Below are positions 37,952 to 47,348 of a stretch of 64,000 nt of DNA, piece after piece (the stretch's first letter is position 1; the number at the start of each line of letters is the position of its first letter). The position numbers and the translations under genes were made by a program. Location: assembly GCA_963766735.1 (NCBI GenBank), contig CAVYBU010000030.1, forward strand, positions 192,001-256,000, read 5' to 3'. The DNA is from an uncultured Chloroflexia bacterium (GTDB lineage Bacteria; Chloroflexota; Limnocylindria; Limnocylindrales; CSP1-4). Under the pieces are notes generated by a model. That model did no database searches and was not told where the DNA came from. It worked only from the letters and a program-made list of their open reading frames with translations.

Positions 37952-40227
37952 CCGGCGAGCGGATCGGCGGCTCGCCGGCGCGCGTCGGCGGCGTCGGGCG
38001 CGTCACCGGTGCCCAGCAGTACCTCGCGGACCTCCCCGCGGAGGACGCGCTGCACGCCAAGCTCGTCACGCTGGACTGCGCACGGGCACGGATCGTGTCG
38101 GTGGACTCGTCCGCCGCGCTGGCGCTGCCCGGCGTGCACCTGGTGATGACGGCCGAGGACCTGCCGGATCCGATGCCGCGGTTCGGACCGCAGTTCACCG
38201 ACCGGCCCATCCTCGCCGTGGGCGAGACCAAGTGGCACGGCGATGCCGTCGCCCTGGTCGTCGCCGACACGCGCGAGCTGGCGGAGCAGGCCGCGTCGCT
38301 CGTCCGCGTGGAGCACGAGGTGCTGCCCGCGGTGTTCACGCTCGACGCCGCCCTGGCGCCCGGCGCGCCGCTGGTCCAGGATCCCTCGATCCGGCGCAAG
38401 GACGCCCTGGCGCAGACCAACGTCCTCAACGAGCACCGCGTCGGCTGGGGCGACGTGGACGCCGCGGCGGCGGCAGACGGCCTGGTCATCGTCGAGAACC
38501 GCTACAGCTTCCCGATGGTCACCCACTTCGCCATCGAACCCCACGCGATCATGGCGGCCCCCGATGGTGACGGCGTGGCGGTCTGGAGCACGATCCAGCA
38601 TCCGAACTGGCTCCAGAAGCTGATCGCCTCGGTGCTGGGGATGCCGCTGGCCAAGGTCCGCGTCTACGCGCCGGACCCGGGTGGCGGCTTCGGCGGCAAG
38701 CAGCACGCCAAGCTGGAGCCAGCAGTCGTGTTCGCGGCCCTCAAGGTCGGCCGTCCCGTCCGCCTGGTCCTCACGCTGGAGGAGACGTTCCAGGCGGTGC
38801 GCCGCGCGGCCTGCGAGACCCGTGTCCGGACCGGGTTCCACCCCGACGGCCGGATCGCGTTCCAGGACGTCGAGGCCGACTACCTCATCGGCGCCTACGC
38901 GGACATCGCGGACAGGGTCGTGGGCAAGGGCAGCTACCCGGCCGCCGGGCCGTACAACGTGCCGGCCGTCCGGATCCTCGGTCGGAGCGTCCTTTCGCAC
39001 ACCACGCCGTCCACCGCGTTCCGTGGCTTCGGCAACCCGCAGGTCAACTGGGCGGTGGAGTCCAACCTGGACGAGGGCGCCCGCGCCCTGGGGATGGATC
39101 CCCTCGAGATCCGGCTCCTGAACCTCGCCCACAAGGGCGACGCGTTCATCCCGTTCGACACGCCCGCGGACGGCGATTGGGAGCAGACCGTGCGCCTGGC
39201 GGCGGAGCGGATCGGGTGGGAGACCCCGCTCCCTGCGGGCCACGGGCGGGGCATCGCCCTCGGCATCAAGTCCGGCCCGACCACCGGTCTCTCGTACTCC
39301 GCCGTTCGCCTCCTCGGCGACGGCAGCGTCGTCGTGTTCGCGGGGACCTCCGACATGGGCCAGGGCGCCCGCACCGTGTTCGCCCAGATCGCCGCCCAGG
39401 AGCTGGGCGCCCCGCTCGGCTGGGTGACGGTGGTGATGGGCGACACCGCGATCGTGCCCTATGACCAGCAGACCTCCGCCAGCCGCTCCACGGTCCTCAT
39501 GGGCAATTCGGTCCTGATGGCCTGTCGCTCGATCCAGGCCCAGCTGCGCACGATGGCCGCGCGTCTCCACGGCGTGGAGGAGGCCCAGGTCAGCGTGGAC
39601 AGGGGTGTCGTCCGTGTCGGAGACCGGGAGCTCACCGTGCTCGACGTCCTGGTGCCCGGCCTGGGCAGGCTCGGCGGCGAGCTCACCGGGCTGGGCGAGG
39701 TGCGCAAGGACGCGGAGCCGTCCCACCCCCTGGGAGGCGCGCCGGCCTTCTTCGAGTTCAACTGCACGGCCGTCGAGGCCGTGGTGGACCACGAGACCGG
39801 CGACGTCACCCTCGTCAAGCACGTCACCGTGTCCGACGTGGGCAAGGCCCTCAACCCGCTCCAGGTCCGGATGCAGGACGAAGGCGCGGCCATCATGGGT
39901 CTCGGCCACACGCTCATGGAGCACTACATCTACGACGACGCGGGTCGGATCCGGAACCTCGGTGCCATCGACTACCGGATCCCGACCAGCATGGATCTGC
40001 CGCTGTGGCTCCACAGCGAGACCGTCGAGAACGAGGACGGACCCGGCCCGTACGGGTCCAAGGGCATGAGCGAGGGCGCGCTGCTGTGCGTTGCCTCCGC
40101 CGTCGGGTCGGCCGTTCGGGAGGCCATCGGCGTCCCGATCCGCGACCTGCCGCTCACGCCGGAGCGCGTGTGGCGGGCCATCCACGACGAGGCCGCCCCG
40201 ACGGGCGGCGGAGAGGCAGGATCATGA
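37948..40227 (+). CDS. xanthine dehydrogenase family molybdopterin-binding subunit
   Basis: GGGFGGK, AFRGFG, DMGQG, ASRST, GPYGSKGMSE. Confidence 0.93.
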   Translation: MTGERIGGSPARVGGVGRVTGAQQYLADLPAEDALHAKLVTLDCARARIVSVDSSAALALPGVHLVMTAEDLPDPMPRFGPQFTDRPILAVGETKWHGDAVALVVADTRELAEQAASLVRVEHEVLPAVFTLDAALAPGAPLVQDPSIRRKDALAQTNVLNEHRVGWGDVDAAAAADGLVIVENRYSFPMVTHFAIEPHAIMAAPDGDGVAVWSTIQHPNWLQKLIASVLGMPLAKVRVYAPDPGGGFGGKQHAKLEPAVVFAALKVGRPVRLVLTLEETFQAVRRAACETRVRTGFHPDGRIAFQDVEADYLIGAYADIADRVVGKGSYPAAGPYNVPAVRILGRSVLSHTTPSTAFRGFGNPQVNWAVESNLDEGARALGMDPLEIRLLNLAHKGDAFIPFDTPADGDWEQTVRLAAERIGWETPLPAGHGRGIALGIKSGPTTGLSYSAVRLLGDGSVVVFAGTSDMGQGARTVFAQIAAQELGAPLGWVTVVMGDTAIVPYDQQTSASRSTVLMGNSVLMACRSIQAQLRTMAARLHGVEEAQVSVDRGVVRVGDRELTVLDVLVPGLGRLGGELTGLGEVRKDAEPSHPLGGAPAFFEFNCTAVEAVVDHETGDVTLVKHVTVSDVGKALNPLQVRMQDEGAAIMGLGHTLMEHYIYDDAGRIRNLGAIDYRIPTSMDLPLWLHSETVENEDGPGPYGSKGMSEGALLCVASAVGSAVREAIGVPIRDLPLTPERVWRAIHDEAAPTGGGEAGS

Positions 40228-41114
40228 GAATCGGCAAGGAGATCGGCCCTGTTGGAGACATGCCGGCCGAGCAGGTCGTCCGCGCGGCGCAGCTGGTGCG
40301 CGAGGGCAGGATGGTCTCCCTCGCGGCGGCACGGTTCCCCGGTATGCCGCTGTTCCCCGGGCACCCGCCGTTCCAGGTGCTCAACTACCGCACCCCGCGC
40401 GGGATCCGCGTGACCGGCGCCCAGCCGTGGGGTCCGGTCAACGACGCCGGCCTGGGCTACATGGCCGAGTACGTGATGGCGACCAGCCACTCTGGTGCCC
40501 ACATGGACGCGCTGGCCCACATGACCGTCGGCGATGACATGCACTGGTACGGCGGCGGCAACGCGGACGAGCACCTGACGGACTTCGGGCCCGTGCACGG
40601 CGATGCGGCCAAGATGCCGCCGTTCTTCACCCGGGGCGTCCTGATCGACGTCCCGACGCACCGGGGCGTGGACTGCCTGCCCAAGGGCTCGCCGATCGAT
40701 GCCGCCGAAGTGGAGGCGATCTGCGCGGCCCAGGGCGTGACCGTCGGGAAGTGGGACGTGGTCGTGATCCGGACCGGCTACATGGGCCTCTGGCCCGATG
40801 CGGAGCGGATGGCTGCCCACAAGACCCCGGGCCCCGACATCTCCGTTGCCCACTGGCTGCTGGAGCGGGGCGTCATCGCGACCGGCACCGACACCGAGAC
40901 CTACGAGGTCCAGCCGGCCCCGGATCCCGGCCCCGAGGGGAACCCGCAGCCCGTTCACACCGCGCTCCTCATCGAGAACGGCGTCTACATCATGGAGAGC
41001 CTGGACCTCGAGGAGCTCGCCCGCCAGCGCATCTACGAGTTCCTGTTCGTCGCGCTGCCGGTCAAGATCCGCGGCGCCACTGGCTCGATGGTCGACCCGA
41101 TCGCGGTCATCTAG
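40224..41114 (+). CDS. cyclase / kynurenine formamidase-like metal-dependent hydrolase
   Basis: HSGAHMDALAH, IRTG, GTD, VH..LL...G..I.E, G.TGS. Confidence 0.88.
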   Translation: MRIGKEIGPVGDMPAEQVVRAAQLVREGRMVSLAAARFPGMPLFPGHPPFQVLNYRTPRGIRVTGAQPWGPVNDAGLGYMAEYVMATSHSGAHMDALAHMTVGDDMHWYGGGNADEHLTDFGPVHGDAAKMPPFFTRGVLIDVPTHRGVDCLPKGSPIDAAEVEAICAAQGVTVGKWDVVVIRTGYMGLWPDAERMAAHKTPGPDISVAHWLLERGVIATGTDTETYEVQPAPDPGPEGNPQPVHTALLIENGVYIMESLDLEELARQRIYEFLFVALPVKIRGATGSMVDPIAVI

Positions 41115-41145
41115 CCCACGCAACCACGACCAAGGAGTCAACCCG

Positions 41146-42213
41146 ATGTCCGCCGTGCCCTCGACCATGCAGGCCCTCGTCGTCCTCGAGCCCTCGGTGC
41201 TCGAGATCCAGGAGGTCCCGGTCCCCGTGCCCGGACCCAACGAGGTCCTCGCGCGCGTGCGCGCGGTCTCGATCTGCGGCACCGACGCCCACCTGATCCG
41301 GGGCGACTACCCCGGGTTCTGGCCCCCGGCCTTCCCGTTCATCCCGGGACACGAGTGGGCGGGCGAGATCGCGGCCCTGGGCCCCGGGGCCGAGCGCTTC
41401 GGCTGGCAGATCGGCGACCGCGTGGCCGGCACCTCCCATGACGCCTGCGGCGTCTGCCAGAAGTGCGTCGAGGGCCGCTACAACCTGTGCGAGAACTACG
41501 GCAAGGGCGGTCTCCACAAGCAGTACGGCCACAGCGTCCAGGGCGTCGATGCCACCTATGCGGTCCACGGCGTCAAGTGCGTCTTCCCGCTGCCCGACGG
41601 CCTGTCCTTCGCCCAGGGCGCCGTCATCGACCCCGCGTCGATCGGCCTCCACGTCGCCAACCGCGGCAACATCACCCCCGGCGACACGGTGGCGATCACG
41701 GGTGCGGGCGCAATCGGCCTGCTCGCAGGCGACGCCTCGCTGGTGCGCGGCGCGGGCCGCGTGATCATGCTCGAGCGCAACCCCGGCCGGATCGCCAAGG
41801 CCCGCGAGATGGGCTTCGAGACCATCGACTCCGGCGAGGGCGATCCCGTCGCCATCGTCCGCGCGATGACCGACGGCCTGGGCGTGGACGTGGTCCTCGA
41901 GTGTGCCGGCGTGCCGGCCACCGTCCAGCTGGCCCTGGGCATGCTCCGGCGCGGAGGACGATGCGCGGCGGTCGGGATCCCGACCCTGGGCGTGGAGATC
42001 GCCATGCAGCGGCTGGTGCTCGACGAGCTGGAGCTGGTCGGCTGCCGGGCGTCCGCGGGCGAGATGCGGCGCGTCATGCCCCTGGTGGAGCAGGGCCGGA
42101 TCAGGGTGGACGACATCATCACCCACCACTTCCCGCTGTCCGACTACCCGTCCGCCCTGGCCACGTTCAACGACCCGGCGAGCGGCGCGATCAAGATCAT
42201 CGTCGAACCCTAG
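41146..42213 (+). CDS. Zn-dependent alcohol/polyol dehydrogenase (MDR), copy A
   Basis: ICGTD, GHE, structural Zn C..C..C.......C, GAGAIG. Confidence 0.93.
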   Translation: MSAVPSTMQALVVLEPSVLEIQEVPVPVPGPNEVLARVRAVSICGTDAHLIRGDYPGFWPPAFPFIPGHEWAGEIAALGPGAERFGWQIGDRVAGTSHDACGVCQKCVEGRYNLCENYGKGGLHKQYGHSVQGVDATYAVHGVKCVFPLPDGLSFAQGAVIDPASIGLHVANRGNITPGDTVAITGAGAIGLLAGDASLVRGAGRVIMLERNPGRIAKAREMGFETIDSGEGDPVAIVRAMTDGLGVDVVLECAGVPATVQLALGMLRRGGRCAAVGIPTLGVEIAMQRLVLDELELVGCRASAGEMRRVMPLVEQGRIRVDDIITHHFPLSDYPSALATFNDPASGAIKIIVEP

Positions 42214-42242
42214 AGCCGCCGAGCGGCGCCCCGAGCAAGAGG

Positions 42243-44417
42243 ATGTCCCTGCCCGTGACCCACGTCTACGCCTACGACCACCGCCACGACCTGCCGCTCA
42301 CCGAGCTCGCCCTGGTCATCGGCGGCAAGGCCGCCAACATCGCCACGATGGCCACGGAGCTGGGGCTCCCGGTCCCGCCGGCGTTCACGATCAGCACCGT
42401 GGCCTGCAACGAGTACCTCGCGACCGGCTGGCCGGACGGCCTGGACGACGAGATCCGCGAACACCTGGCGCGGATGGAGCAGCTCGTGGGCCGCCGCTTC
42501 GGGGACGCGGCGGACCCGCTGCTGGTCAGCGTCCGGTCGGGTGCCCCCCGCTCCATGCCCGGCATGATGGACACGATCCTCAACCTGGGCCTCAACGACT
42601 CCACCGAGGCGGGCCTGGCGGCGGCGTCCGGTGACCCGGTCTTCGCGGCGGACTGCCATGCGCGCTTCCGCAAGATCTACCAGGACGTCGTGGGCGTCAG
42701 CGTTGTCCCGCAGGACCCGTGGCAGCAGCTCCGGGGCGCCATCGAGGCCGTGTTCCGGTCCTGGAACAGCGACCGCGCCCGTGCCTACCGCGCCCACGAG
42801 GGGATCAGCGAATCCCTGGGCACGGGCGTGACGGTGCAGACGATGGTGTTCGGCAACCGTGGCGCAGACTCCGGGACCGGCGTGCTGTTCACCCGCAACC
42901 CGGCCACCGGCGAGAACGCCTTCTATGGCGACATCATGTTCAACGCCCAGGGCGAGGATGTGGTCGCTGGCACGCACAGGACCGAGGACGTGCGGATCCT
43001 CGACGATCGCATGCCGGCCGTGGCGGCAGAGCTCCGCGGCTACGCCACGACCCTCGAGCACCGCTACCGGGACTGCTGCGACATCGAGTTCACCATCGAG
43101 CAAGGCCGCCTCTGGATGCTCCAGGTTCGCGTGGGCAAGCGCACGCCCCAGGCGGCCCTGCGCATGGCTGTCGAGATGGCCGAGGACGAGGCGTTCCCGC
43201 TGTCGCGCGAGGAGGCGGTCCGCCGCGTGGCCGCGATCCTCACCACGCCCCCCACCACCGTCACCGGCCGCTCCGATGCCGGCCCTGCGTTGACGAGAGG
43301 CCTGGCGGCCTCCCCGGGTGTCGCCTGCGGAGAGATCGTCCTGACGCCCGAAGCTGCGGTCGCGGCCGCGGACGCCGGGCGCCGGGTCATCCTCGTCCGG
43401 TCCGAGACATCCCCGGACGACGTCCACGGCATGAGCCGGGCGGCCGGGATCCTGACCAGCACCGGCGGCTTTGTCAGCCATGCGGCGGTCGTCGCACGAG
43501 GGTGGGGAATCCCGGCTGTGGTCGGAGCCCCGGGCGTGGTGCTCGGGGAGGGGAGCGTCGCGATCGGTGGGACCGTCCTGTCCGCGGGTGACACGATCAC
43601 CATCGACGGTGCCAGCGGCGACGTGTTCCTCGGCGCAACGGCGGGCGCCTCCCAGGTGGTCCCCGAGGCGGCGACGCTTCTCGGGTGGGCCCGGGACCTG
43701 GGGATCGAGATCGACGTGGCGACGGCAGAGGAGGAGGCGGAGGCCATGACCGAGAACACGCCCGACGCAGGGCCTGGACCGACGGCCGCCAGTGCGGGCA
43801 TCTCGCCGGACGATGCCATCCGCGTCCTGGTGGTCAAGGGGTACGCAGGCCCGGACGGCATCGCGACAGCACTCCGTTGTAGGGAGGAGGACGCGGCGGC
43901 CATGCTGGACCGCCTGGTGGCGGACGGCATCGCCGAGATGGCCGCCGGCTCCTTCCGCCTCACCGCGGACGGCAAGGCGATCGGTGCCGAGAAGATCGCC
44001 GAGGACCGGGCGACCTGGGGCGTTGACAACGCCCTCGCCGCGCTGGACACGTTCCTGGTCCTGGACCACCGGATGAAGGACACGGTCACCGCCTGGCAGA
44101 TGCGAGAGGCGGACGGCGCCCAGACGTTCAACGACCACAGCGACGCGGACTACGACGCAGCGGTGCTGGCGCGCCTTGCGGCGCTCCACGAAGACGCTGC
44201 CGCCTGGCTGGCGCCGCTTGTCGCCGGCCTGCCTCGCCTAGCCGCGTACCGGGAGCGCCTGGAGCTTGCCGCCGCAAGAGCCGCTTCCGGTGATGGCAAG
44301 TACGTGGCGTCGCCACGGGTGGACAGCTACCACAGCATCTGGTTCGAGCTGCACGAGGATCTCATCCTCCTCGCCGGCCGCAACCGTGCCGACGAGGTTG
44401 CCGCGGGGCGGGCGTGA
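42243..44417 (+). CDS. pyruvate-phosphate-dikinase-like protein (ATP-grasp + phospho-His) lacking the PEP TIM barrel, fused to an HTH/helical Rv1126c-like domain
   Basis: GGKAAN, VSVRSGA, SMPGMMDT, GTGVLFTRNP, QGEDVVAG, DIEFT, SHAAVVAR; C-terminal NDH.D..YD and DSYHSIWFELHEDL. Confidence 0.85.
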   Translation: MSLPVTHVYAYDHRHDLPLTELALVIGGKAANIATMATELGLPVPPAFTISTVACNEYLATGWPDGLDDEIREHLARMEQLVGRRFGDAADPLLVSVRSGAPRSMPGMMDTILNLGLNDSTEAGLAAASGDPVFAADCHARFRKIYQDVVGVSVVPQDPWQQLRGAIEAVFRSWNSDRARAYRAHEGISESLGTGVTVQTMVFGNRGADSGTGVLFTRNPATGENAFYGDIMFNAQGEDVVAGTHRTEDVRILDDRMPAVAAELRGYATTLEHRYRDCCDIEFTIEQGRLWMLQVRVGKRTPQAALRMAVEMAEDEAFPLSREEAVRRVAAILTTPPTTVTGRSDAGPALTRGLAASPGVACGEIVLTPEAAVAAADAGRRVILVRSETSPDDVHGMSRAAGILTSTGGFVSHAAVVARGWGIPAVVGAPGVVLGEGSVAIGGTVLSAGDTITIDGASGDVFLGATAGASQVVPEAATLLGWARDLGIEIDVATAEEEAEAMTENTPDAGPGPTAASAGISPDDAIRVLVVKGYAGPDGIATALRCREEDAAAMLDRLVADGIAEMAAGSFRLTADGKAIGAEKIAEDRATWGVDNALAALDTFLVLDHRMKDTVTAWQMREADGAQTFNDHSDADYDAAVLARLAALHEDAAAWLAPLVAGLPRLAAYRERLELAAARAASGDGKYVASPRVDSYHSIWFELHEDLILLAGRNRADEVAAGRA

Positions 44418-44439
44418 CCGCGTCCCGGGAGGAGAAGGC

Positions 44440-45212
44440 ATGAGCGTCGAGGGTCGCCGGATCGTCGTCACCGGGGCGTCCAGCGGGCTCGGCGCACACA
44501 CCGTTCGCCTGCTCGCTGGGCGTGGGGCACAGGTCGTGGCCGCCGGCCGGCGGCTGGATCGCCTGGAGGCGCTCGCCGCGGAGCTCGCGGACGCCCCGGG
44601 CGCGTGGTTCCAGTGTGCGCGGACGTCACGGTGGAGGACGACGTGGCTGCGCTCATGGCGGCCGCCGTCGCCGCCCTCGGCGGCATCGACGTCCTCGTCA
44701 ACAACGCCGGCAGCGAGGTCCAGGGCCCCATCGACCGGCTGTCCCTGGACGACTTCGAGGGCATGTTCCGGGCCAACGCCGTCAGCGTGTTCCTGTGCGT
44801 GCGGGCGGCCCTGCCCGCGCTCCGCGAGAGCCGGGGCATGGTCGTCAACCTGGGATCCACGGTGGTCGCGCGCCCGCCGCGCGGTCGTTTCGGCTACGTC
44901 GCGAGCAAGGGCGCCGTGGAGGCGATGTCCAGGGGTCTCGCCGTGGACCTGGGGCGGGACGGGATCCGGGTCAACTGCATCCGGCCCGGGATCATCCCGT
45001 CCGAGCTTCGCGGCCTGACCGAGGACGAGGAGCGGGCGCGGTTCGAGGCGGGGCTCCACTTCGGGCGCCAGGCGCTCTCGACGGTAGGGGAGGGCCGCGA
45101 CGTGGCCGAGGCCATCGCCTGGCTCTGTGGAGAGGGCGGCCGCTTCGTCACGGGTACGGTGATCGACATCGACGGCGGCTTCACGCTCGGGACGGCGGAC
45201 GTCCTGGGCTGA
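44440..45212 (+). CDS. short-chain dehydrogenase/reductase, frameshift near 44600
   Basis: TGASSGLG in one frame; NNAG, YVASK and VNCI.PG in the other (44604..45212). Confidence 0.82.
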
Positions 45213-45271
45213 CGTCGTCGGTCGACGAACGACCCGGTTGCCGGGCGACCCGGTCGTCGCGTCGCCAGGCC

Positions 45272-45314
45272 TCGCGCCCTGTCCCTACGGGTTCGCGCCC
45301 TGTCCCTACGGGTT
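45272..45314. repeat. 21-bp tandem duplication covering the ADH copy B stop codon
   Basis: tcgcgccctgtccctacgggt x2. Confidence 0.8.
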
Positions 45315-46370
45315 GACCAGGATCTTGATCGCTCCGGATGAGCGGTCGTTGAACGTGGCCAGCGCCTCCGCGTAGTCCGCGAGGGCGAACCGGTGGGTCA
45401 CCATCTCGCGGACCCGCATGTTGCCCTGCTCCACGTGAGGGATCACGCGCCGCATCTCGCCGGCGGATGCCCGCGACCCGACAAGCTCCAGCTCGTCGAG
45501 GACCAGGCGCTGCATGGCAATCTCCACGCCCACCGTCGGGATCCCGACCGCCGCGCATCGCCCCCCGCGCCGGAGCATCTCCAGCGCCGCCTCGACCATC
45601 TGCGGGACGCCCGCGCACTCCAGCACCACGTCCACGCCATAGCCTCCGGTCATCGCCCGGACCGTGCCCACCGGATCGCCGGCCGCGGTGTTGACCGTCT
45701 CGAAGCCCATGGCCGCCGCCTTGGCCAGCCGATGGCCACGGCCCACGACGATGACCCGCCCGGCTCCCCGGATCCGCGCCGCATCGCCGCCGAGCAGGCC
45801 GATCGCGCCCGCACCCGTGATCGCCACCGTGTCGCCGGGGGTGATGTTGCCGCGGTTGGCGACGTGGAGCGCAATCGACGCGGGGTCGATCATCGCCCCG
45901 TCCTCGAAGGAGAGGCTGTCCGGGAGGGCGAAGATCGTCTTGACGCCCTGGACGACGTAGGTGGCATCGGCGCCCTGGACGCTGTGGCCGTACTGGCGGT
46001 GCAGCCCCTCGCGCCCGTAGTTCTCGCACAGGTTGTAGCGGCCCTCGACGCATTCGCGACAGACGCCGCAGGCATCGTGGGAGGTACCGGCCACGCGGTC
46101 GCCGACCTGCCAGCCGAAGCGCTCGGCCCCGGGACCCAGGGCCGCGATCTCGCCCGCCCACTCGTGCCCCGGGATGAACGGGAAGGCCGGGGGCCAGAAC
46201 CCGGGGTAGTCGCCCCGGATCAGGTGGGCGTCGGTGCCGCAGATCGAGACCGCGCGCACGCGCGCGAGGACCTCGTTGGGTCCGGGCACAGGGACCGGGA
46301 CCTCCTGGATCTCGAGCACCGAGGGCTCGAGGACGACGAGGGCCTGCATGGTCGAGGGCACGGCGGACAT
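45306..46370 (-). CDS. Zn-dependent alcohol/polyol dehydrogenase (MDR), copy B
   Basis: Same motifs as copy A; N-terminal ~87 aa identical. Confidence 0.93.
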   Translation of the reverse strand: MSAVPSTMQALVVLEPSVLEIQEVPVPVPGPNEVLARVRAVSICGTDAHLIRGDYPGFWPPAFPFIPGHEWAGEIAALGPGAERFGWQVGDRVAGTSHDACGVCRECVEGRYNLCENYGREGLHRQYGHSVQGADATYVVQGVKTIFALPDSLSFEDGAMIDPASIALHVANRGNITPGDTVAITGAGAIGLLGGDAARIRGAGRVIVVGRGHRLAKAAAMGFETVNTAAGDPVGTVRAMTGGYGVDVVLECAGVPQMVEAALEMLRRGGRCAAVGIPTVGVEIAMQRLVLDELELVGSRASAGEMRRVIPHVEQGNMRVREMVTHRFALADYAEALATFNDRSSGAIKILVNP

Positions 46371-46432
46371 CGGGTTGACTCCTTGGTCTGTGGACCGGAC
46401 CACCGACCCGCCGTTGGGACGCTCAGAGGCGA

Positions 46433-47326
46433 TCAGCGCGGCGGCGCGTCCTTGGCCGGATACGTGGTGCTCGTGGGGGCGGTGAACTTGTCGTAGAGCG
46501 CCCCGGCGTTCCGCTCCTGGATGTAGTCCATCATGTATTCCTGCCCGATATCCACCGGGTAGCGCTCGGCGAAGTTGACGCGCGCCATCGTCTCCTCGCG
46601 GGTCCAGCCCTTGGCAACGGCGATGGCCACGGCGGCCTTCCACTCGAGCATGAACGAGCGCTGGGTCGCGAGGTATGCCTTTCCCTGAACGGGTCCGTGA
46701 CCCGGGATGACGTGGTCGATGTCCAGGGCGCGGATCCGGTCGAGGGCCAGGATCCACTGGTCGACATCCGAGGTCATCAGCCAGGTGGTGCACTCCGAGA
46801 AGATGGTGTCGCCGGTGAACACGGCGCGCTCTTCCGGGACGTACACGGCGACCTGGCCCGGGGTGTGTCCGGGGGTGTGGAGCAGGTGGAACGTGCGATC
46901 GCCAACCTTGAGCGTCACGTCGCCCGAGAAGACGATGTCCGCGGTGCCCATGTTCGCGTAGTAGGTCTCGCGGTCGGGGACCAGCGCGGCGCCGTCCGGG
47001 TCGTCGGTCGGCAGCGCCTCGAGCGCGTACTCGAACGGATCCAGCTCCGGGTAGACGGTCATGAACCGCTCGTGGACGCCCTGGTGGTGGATGATCGGGC
47101 CGGCGCCCTTGAACCAGTAGTTGCCGAAGATGTGGTCGACGTGGTGCTCGGTGTTGATCACGTACTGGATCGTCCCGTGCTCCTCGACCTGCTTGCGCAT
47201 CGCGACGGCCTTCGTCGGCAGCTGCGGCGTGTCGATGACGACAGGCCCCTTGGACGTCAGCACGAAGGACGGGTTGCAGCCGCGCACCTTGGTCTCGGCG
47301 AAGATTCGGTCGGTGACCTGCTGCAT
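46433..47326 (-). CDS. MBL-fold metallo-hydrolase (cyclase-like)
   Basis: IDT, NTEHHVDHIFG, PGHT, FTGD, PGHG. Confidence 0.9.
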   Translation of the reverse strand: MQQVTDRIFAETKVRGCNPSFVLTSKGPVVIDTPQLPTKAVAMRKQVEEHGTIQYVINTEHHVDHIFGNYWFKGAGPIIHHQGVHERFMTVYPELDPFEYALEALPTDDPDGAALVPDRETYYANMGTADIVFSGDVTLKVGDRTFHLLHTPGHTPGQVAVYVPEERAVFTGDTIFSECTTWLMTSDVDQWILALDRIRALDIDHVIPGHGPVQGKAYLATQRSFMLEWKAAVAIAVAKGWTREETMARVNFAERYPVDIGQEYMMDYIQERNAGALYDKFTAPTSTTYPAKDAPPR

Positions 47327-47348
47327 GGCTGGAGGCTCCCTCTGCGTG

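Noticed and set aside
37948-40227. Aerobic CO dehydrogenase (coxL)
   Set aside because: The active-site loop is AFRGFG, not AYxCSFR (form I) or AYRGAGR (form II).
41463-42242. N-terminal extension of the 984-aa PPDK-like ORF
   Set aside because: It overlaps the ADH gene out of frame; PPDK homology starts at about 42243-42255.
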